Under the pieces are notes generated by a model. That model ran no database searches. It worked only from the letters and a program-made list of their open reading frames with translations, and was not told the origin of the DNA. A stretch of DNA of 64,000 nt from Eledone cirrhosa (lineage: Eukaryota), in NCBI GenBank assembly GCA_964016885.1, contig OZ024755.1:40858001-40922000 (forward strand), read 5' to 3'. Made by a program: the position numbers and the translations under genes. This document shows positions 56,286 through 64,000 of this stretch, piece after piece (positions within the stretch are counted from its first letter, which is position 1; every line of letters starts with the position of its first letter).

Positions 56286-58059
56286 TTGTTGGACTTTCTT
56301 CAGTTCCGACGACGAGTGTTCCAATTGTTTGAATAGCAGCACAACATTGAAGCTACAGGTGCAACCCCTTTTTGCCAGCTAAATAAACTGGAGCAATGTG
56401 CAATAAAGTTTCTTGCTCAAGGATAAAATACACAGCTGGTAATCAAATTCCTGGCTGTATGATCCTGAGCCAAACACCCTAACCACTAAGCCACATGGGG
56501 ATATATAACAGCAACACTAACAACAGGAATTTGTAGTTAATAAGAAAACAGAATCCCCTAATTAATTGCCTGACTGACTTAAATATATATTTGTAATTAA
56601 CCCTAATTACAAGATGAGATTAACAGCCTAATTATTTATTAAATAATTAACACCCTCCCTCCACAATTATTTTAATGATTAACACCCTTGCATGTATGTG
56701 TGTGAATGGAGCTGTGTATGTGTGTGTGTGTGTATCTGTGTGTGTATGTATGTATCTGTGTGTGTATATGTGTATATATGTGTGTGTGTATGTATGTGTG
56801 TGTGTGTGGTTAATTATGAGGCCTTGTATCATCTCAAGCAAGTGTCTTTAACATAGTCTCGGGTCAACCCAAACCTAATCACTAAAATTTGGCGACGGAA
56901 GCAGTGTGGAAGCCCGTTGGTTGGGTTGTAGTTGTAATACTAAGGCCCAGCCTTGTCTTACTTATATGCTGCACAATGCTGATTCGACTTAAAAATTATG
57001 TTTCATTCTCATGGGATACTCAGCCACTTACAAGTTAATTTAACGAGACGGACATATACTCATCAACGAAACCAACAGAGAACCCATAATTTATGAACAG
57101 TGGAGGGCTAATCCAATCCAGTCCAAACCAGGATCTTTTCACTCCTGTTGGAGAAACCCCTCCCTGGTTGATCTCATATGCTTTCTGTTTGATCTTTGTC
57201 TTGTCTTCAGGGGTGTAGCCACACTCACCACCCTTGGCCAATTGAGGACTGGAGATTTAACCCATAGTTGGGGTGGAGTGCTAATATGACAGTTAAAATG
57301 TATGTAGAGAATAAGACTAGGGTTGATCAGTGTTGACAAGGGTAATAGAGAAATATTCTTCCTCTAATGGACCATGTGAAAGCACATGGCTTAGTGGTTA
57401 AAGCATTGGGCTTGCAATCGAAAGGTTGTGAGTTCAATTCTCGGACCGGGTGATGTGTTGTGTCCTTGAGCAAGACACTTTATTTCACATTGCTCCAGTT
57501 TACTCAGCTGTAGAAATGAGATGATAGGACTGGGGTCCCTATCATTAAATCACCCAAGACACACCTCCAGATATACCTTGGAGGAGGCCAGCTAAACCTG
57601 CATAGGTGTGAGCTGTCACACACACACAATGGACCTCCGTCGGTTTCGACAATGAGTGTTCCAGTTGTTCGATAATAAGGTACAAATAAATTGTTAAGCA
57701 TTAGAGATACGCAATTCATAGGCTGGTCCTTTGTAGAGATACACTCCATCGGATGGGATGAGCTTCCAAACATCTTTCCGTCTACCCAATTTAACTGAAG
57801 GAGCAGCCCGGGGCTATGGTAAATAATACTTGCCTAAGATACCACGCAGTGGGATCGAACCCCAGATCAAATGATTGCAAAACGAACACCTTAACCATTT
57901 AACTATACTGCGTCCATTACGTACAACGGAACAGTTGTGGCGCCATCTATTGAGTCCTACCACCAATCTCTTGAATTATAACTTGGACAAACAAGCCTCT
58001 ATGTGGTTGCTTCAACTGCTAAAAATAGCAGCTAAATTTACCTTAAATGACAGAATACC

Positions 58060-58388
58060 TTCTGATTTAGGCACAAGGCCAACAATTTTGGAGGAAGGGA
58101 AAGTCGATTAAATCGACCACAGTGCGTTACTGGTACTTTATTTTATGGGCCCCGTAAGGATGAAAGGCAGTCAACCTCGGCGGGATTTGAACTCAGATCG
58201 TAAAGGGACGTAACTATGAACACATTAGATAATGCAATCTAGAATTGACTGTATCTGAATAAAAATAAATGTCTCTACTTTAGGCACAAGGCCAGCAATT
58301 ACTCAGTGCATTACTGGTACTTTATTTTATCGACCCTGTAAGGATGAAAGGCAAAGTCAACCTCGGCGGGATTTGAACTCAGATCGTA
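58060..58388 (-). mobile_element. Two 5'-truncated SINE family 1 copies
   Basis: AGGCACAAGGCC..AGGATGAAAGGCA..GATTTGAACTCAGATCGTA occurs twice. Confidence 0.8.
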
Positions 58389-58700
58389 TAAAAATAAAGA
58401 CAGTTTAATCAGAGTTGGAATGTCGTTGAAGATATGTCTGCTCGATCAGGGCCCACTTGGAGCTAAACAACAGCAGCAGCAACAGTAGCCTTAATAAGAA
58501 TTTGTAAGAAAACCCCAAAATGACTTTCATTAGAATAGCAGAGAAAGAGGATCTGAAAGAATGTAAGATTGTTGAGGGACCCAGCAATATAAGGACCTAG
58601 ACGAGACGAGATATATTTTTAGATATCTCCTCTCACGGCACACTAACATTATTTGTTGGTAACTGAATACGGAATTGATTCATTTAGCGTTAAAAAAGGG

Positions 58701-58766
<66 letters not shown>

Positions 58767-58959
58767 ACATACAAAACTATATGCAGACATGCATACGTAC
58801 ATACTTATGTGTGTATATATATATAAGTTTATCTCCGGTCCAATCGGGGGTAACCACAGTAAGTTAGGTACTCAATACATACCAGAATATAACTATTTAA
58901 TATAGAAATGGCTGATGATTTTCCCCGAATGAAACAGTTCTAGTCCTGTAGAAGCCATT

Positions 58960-58998
<39 letters not shown>

Positions 58999-59041
58999 AA
59001 GCAAAGAATCGCTGCTTGCACCCTTAACGGGATCTTCTGAA

Positions 59042-59092
<51 letters not shown>

Positions 59093-60004
59093 AGATGTAG
59101 TACACATAGGAACCTCTTATACAATGGGGTTTTTCTTTCTTTTCTATGTTGAAAGACTATATTGTTTGCAGTGTAGATCTGGCTGCTATTTCTAGCAGGC
59201 TGACCAGTAGCAGAGCCTCAGAAAAATACTAAACATTCCTGTACATCATTCGAGGAAGTGGTATTGTTACTACGGTAATATCTTTATTAGTAGCAATACT
59301 AAGGACAGTCGATTGACAGAATCGGTAGAGCATCGGACAACATAGAGTTACGGCCCTTTGCGGCCTAAGTTCAAATCTCGCCGAGGTTAGCTTTCATCCT
59401 TACTATTGCTTCCGATTTTGGCCTTGTGCATAAATCGGAAGCAATAGTAATATTACTATCTTTGAACCTATTAAAAAAATTAAATGTGGTATATTCATGG
59501 TCCTTAAGAGCACAGCCTAACTCTACCCTATTACCATAAAAATGTCCCCACGTGTTCCCTGTGTACGGAGCAGAAAAACACACTACCTCTTTCCCAAACA
59601 TTTGTTGACCAAGAGGGTGAGAAAGCCTCGACACTGCTGCTTCCTACCTTCCAACCCACATGTGGCATTATACTCAAGTGTGAAAACTATAACCACAAGA
59701 ACAAATTTCTAAAACTGAAGACACTGAAGGTGGTAGTCCCGGCATATCTAACGTCTGATACATTCATTTCATGACCCGTGCCTATGAAACAGTATGCCTA
59801 ACAAATATATCCAATGGCCGCTGTTACCCGACGTAAAACACTCGTGTTATCTGGTTACACACTTTATTGTTTAAAAATGATTATTTAATTAAAAATATTG
59901 TAACAGCTCTCTTGTTCCCGGGGAAGTCTACCAACTAAATCTCCTCTACATCCGAAAAGACAGTGCCTATGCTCTTCATTCTTGAACACTTCGATTTTGT
60001 ATTG

Positions 60005-60514
60005 ACTAGCCCACTCCCACCCCTGGGCAGCCACTGCTTTGATTAAGTTTTGTCGTCGAGATCGTACTGGTAAAGTCACCATTCCTGGTAACAATTCTCT
60101 GCTGAAAGGCTTCAGGGTCTTCATCCCACTTGTTCAACATTTCAATCGAAAGATCTGCCCTCGTTTGCTGCTGATCTGGGTGCCACAACCTTGGGATGCA
60201 TCGAGCGGAAAGGTTGCTCAGCCCCAAGCCCTCCACCAGAATTGCGTGTGCAGAACCCACAGAAATTCAGTGGTTATTTGCCTGTCCCTTTCAATTAGGT
60301 CGCGAACAGCATCGATGTTTTCCACACAGACTGACCTGGATGGCCTGCCACCGCAGGGATCATCTTCAGCCTCATCTCTTCCACTTCTAAAACGACTTAT
60401 CCATTTGTAAGTTGTTGATTTCTTTGGGGCATTGTCCCCATAAACTTGCTCCAGAGCGTCAATGATTTGACTGCTCTTCCACCCTAGCTTCACCATGAGT
60501 TTGATGGAGGCCAT
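60005..60514 (-). mobile_element. mariner transposase fragment
   Basis: IKLMVKLG..EQVYGDNAP..YKWISRFRSGR..DDPCGGRP..DRQIT..LSARCIPRL..RIVT (HTH, WVPR-like motif and start of the catalytic domain); frameshifted. Confidence 0.88.
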
Positions 60515-61157
60515 GTTGCTCGTGTGGGTGCTGGACCTTGTTGATCAATTTCCTGTGTTAATATATGCTCTGTAATTATAAATCTAAGATAACCGGAAGT
60601 ATACCAACTGAATTTACCTCTGAAATACCTTTCGTTGATCTGGATATAGAATAAACCATATTTCAGCTTTAAATATATGAATACTGTTGTATTATCAAAT
60701 TATAGAATTTACCTTATACACCACTGGCCACGTGATGGTTCTTAGCCATTTTGAATTCATTTCTGGCGGGGATCATGGTAGAAGAATCTTAGTGAGTTCC
60801 GAGCCTCGTGGATTTATCCAAGACCGGATATATCCAAAAAGAGGACGAAACCACCGGTTGGTAGAGACTGACAATTTTGGATTATTTATGTGCATTTTTT
60901 CTTCTAACTTCGATTTTGTACCTAATTCCGTGTAGTTAACTATTTGTCTAGTCAATTTCTACAGGCTAGGAGAAATAATAGGTAAATGTCATATGGTTGT
61001 ACATCGCGGAAAATAATCTCTATCATTTGTCTATTGTTTCTTCATAAGTACATTTTAAACTTATAGCCTCGTTTAAATGGTTTTTTGTGTGGTTAATTTA
61101 TACTGATTAGGAGAGGAAATACTGTATATATTTTATCTAATGATTCTTTGGACTTAC

Positions 61158-61195
<38 letters not shown>

Positions 61196-61342
61196 TTAGG
61201 TTTGTTGGTTCACCACTGGATAGAACTGGTCATTCCGTATGGTCAACCTCGATATAATATTATGGAGAGCACTCGACGTAATGCAACTCACCCGTCTTCG
61301 TTTGTGTAGTTGGTGGTGCGAGTACAGGGTTAATTATTATAA

Positions 61343-61384
<42 letters not shown>

Positions 61385-61388
<4 letters not shown>

Positions 61389-61417
61389 CGCAATACATGT
61401 TGCGTGTATGTTCCCTA

Positions 61418-61457
<40 letters not shown>

Positions 61458-61486
61458 CGCAATACATGTTGCGTGTATGTTCCCTA

Positions 61487-61532
<46 letters not shown>

Positions 61533-61570
61533 CGCAATACATGTTGCGTGTATGTTCCCTAATATACATA
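61385..61570. repeat. Three identical ~40-bp cassettes separated by variable (TA)n
   Basis: AGCGCAATACATGTTGCGTGTATGTTCCCTAATATAC x3. Confidence 0.92.
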
Positions 61571-62009
61571 TATATATATGTATATATATATACGTGTGTG
61601 TATTTATATATACATTACTTATTTTTATTTATTTGTGGTTACACATACACTTATGTGGATATTTGTATTATACACACACATACATGCGCGCACACACACA
61701 TACACACACACACATATGTGGATATTTGTTATACACACGCATACATATGTGGATATATATTTGTATATATATATATATATATATATAATAGAACTATCCT
61801 CATATATTATATATGAGTGTGGGCCGACATACGCACACATACACATATAAGTACACACAAACACACACATAACATATATAAAGTATTTGTTGAAGGAAGC
61901 TGGTGAGATAACGAACCACGTGATGCGGTGAGTGACACTTTCTTCTCAGAGAAATTTGGCCTAAATTTAGATCCCAACTTCCATACCCCGGTGTTTCTAT
62001 TTGGTATGC

Positions 62010-62045
<36 letters not shown>

Positions 62046-62117
62046 ATACTTTGGAAGGGTCATGTTGCCAATAATTTCAGAAAAGAAATATATATATATA
62101 TATATATACATATACAC

Positions 62118-62178
<61 letters not shown>

Positions 62179-63026
62179 CAGGCATATATACATGTATGTA
62201 TATTGGGTGCTTAAGTAAAAGGTCGTTAGTTTCAGGGGCTGGGTAGTGGTTTATGTGTAGGAAAAGGAATTTATTTCAATAGAATTAATACAAATAAACA
62301 TAATTTCGAGGAAAAAGGGATGAGGGTATTAGTTGGAGAAGACAGCCCCTACTCAGTCTCACGCCATATTATGGAGCACCGGAGTTTCCTTGTAATGTCC
62401 ACTGTGAGGAGGTCACCAATATCATTGACTGTCATTTTATCAGTCAGATGTTTTTAGACATCACCCAGACATATTTGTTTAATTCAAATATATCTGTAGT
62501 TTGATATTTTGTTAGTGTTAGGTGGAAGTTATCAGTAATTCAATTAGAATCTTTTATATTGGACATTTCTTTGTATTAGTTTTCCGGCCCTATACCAAAG
62601 AAATCTACTTTCATCTCTGATACCACTAAATTGTTAGCAAGCCTATGTTTTAGGTAAAGCAGCAAAGAGGGTGACCGCGGCGGGTGATAGCGGGGATAAA
62701 ACTCTGGAAATTGGGGCAAACTTATCTACATTCATGAATGAAATTCCAGAGAAAGAGGAGGGGGGGGGAGAACACACGCACACATACACCCCCACCCCAG
62801 ACACAGAAACACACACACACACACACACACAGACATGTAATAAGATGTTGACGAAACATAGAATACAGATAGCTCCCTAAAGTAGCTCTAGTACTAGAGT
62901 CTTCAGGGTAACTGTTATTTAGCAAGAGGTAGGGGAGAGGTAGGTTGTAGAAGGGGTATCGTAAGAAATCCTTAACTATCAGTCGTCTAAACTCTGTGTG
63001 TTAATACAAGCATCTATGTATATATC

Positions 63027-63068
<42 letters not shown>

Positions 63069-64000
63069 CACACACACATATATAGGTTTGAAAAACGAAT
63101 GAAGAACGAGCAATAAAGATAAAGTGAAAATCATATGGTACATATGTTTCTTTTTTTTTGGTAATATTGGCAACATGGCCACCCCAAATATATATATATA
63201 CAAAATATAAAACAATCAAATCTTAGTTTAATACATTAAGTGTATTAAACTAAAATTATATATATAGTTTTGAGAGGTTTTTGATATGAAACCGTGTGTC
63301 GAAACACATATTGTTATACTTGGGGAGGGTCATATTGTTGTAATAATATTGCCAGAATTAATAACAGAACACACTCACTGTTTGGTTGGTTTTCGCTTCT
63401 GTGTCTTTTATATCAGTTAATTTATTCGGTCCTCAATGTTATCACAAAATACAGATATAATATAGATACAAAAACATATATATAGTCTAACAAAGTTCTT
63501 TCGTTGCACATCTGCAACAACGTCAGTGGTACTATTATGTTCCTCCTGTTGTATTGTATATTTACGCCATCTTTATTTAATCTGTTTATTTATTTATTTA
63601 TTTTTGTCTTCTTCTCTGCGCATGCGTTTGCGTGTGTGTATAGTGGTGTGTTCGCGTTTGGGTGACTGTGTTTTGGTTATTGAATTCTATCTTAGTTTAC
63701 TCGTGTGTGTTTATATGTGTTTTTTTTTTTGTTATTGTGCTTGTGTATATATTTATTTATTTATTTATATTTCTCTTAAGTCAGTATTGTTTGTTTGGGT
63801 AACATAGACAAGATATAAATTAAAATAATATCTAAACATAGAAATGACCCAGCAGATACGCAAATCAGAGAGGCAAGTGAAATATAACTTAGAAGGCCAA
63901 AGCTAAACAGAAAAAATGAATGGAATAACAACACCCAAACAAACAATACTACCCTAAGAGAAATATAAGTAAATAAATAAATATATACACAAGCACAATA

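Noticed and set aside
57035-57250. Protein-like 68-aa ORF
   Set aside because: No recognisable homology and no convincing splice-site pair.
62400-62990. Possible coding fragment
   Set aside because: Stops in the frames I examined and no recognisable motif.

Overview
AT-rich, repeat-saturated eukaryotic DNA with no host protein-coding gene that I can support. The tRNA-derived SINEs and the very high (TA)n load resemble octopod cephalopod genomes (inference). The window is a nest of transposon remnants: a Tx1/L1 LINE split by a young non-autonomous LTR element, CR1, RTE, R4/Dong-like and CRE-like LINEs (the CRE has an N-terminal PHD finger), Penelope-like elements (PLEs) with a C-terminal GIY-YIG domain, mariner fragments, piggyBac- and Tc2/pogo-type MITEs, Helitron-like elements and several satellites. 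The strongest hidden signal is non-coding. About 20 minimal type I hammerhead ribozyme (HHR) motifs from several unrelated families sit in short (TA)n-bounded cassettes. These cassettes share one layout: 5' fold-back palindrome, then an HHR with a palindromic stem-III loop, then a conserved TACTC..TYGAGTGC hairpin, then (TA)n. Unusual details include a U3:A8 covariant core and a recurrent C-C/C-U mismatch at stem II position 4. All structures and counts were read by eye; no search or folding program was run.
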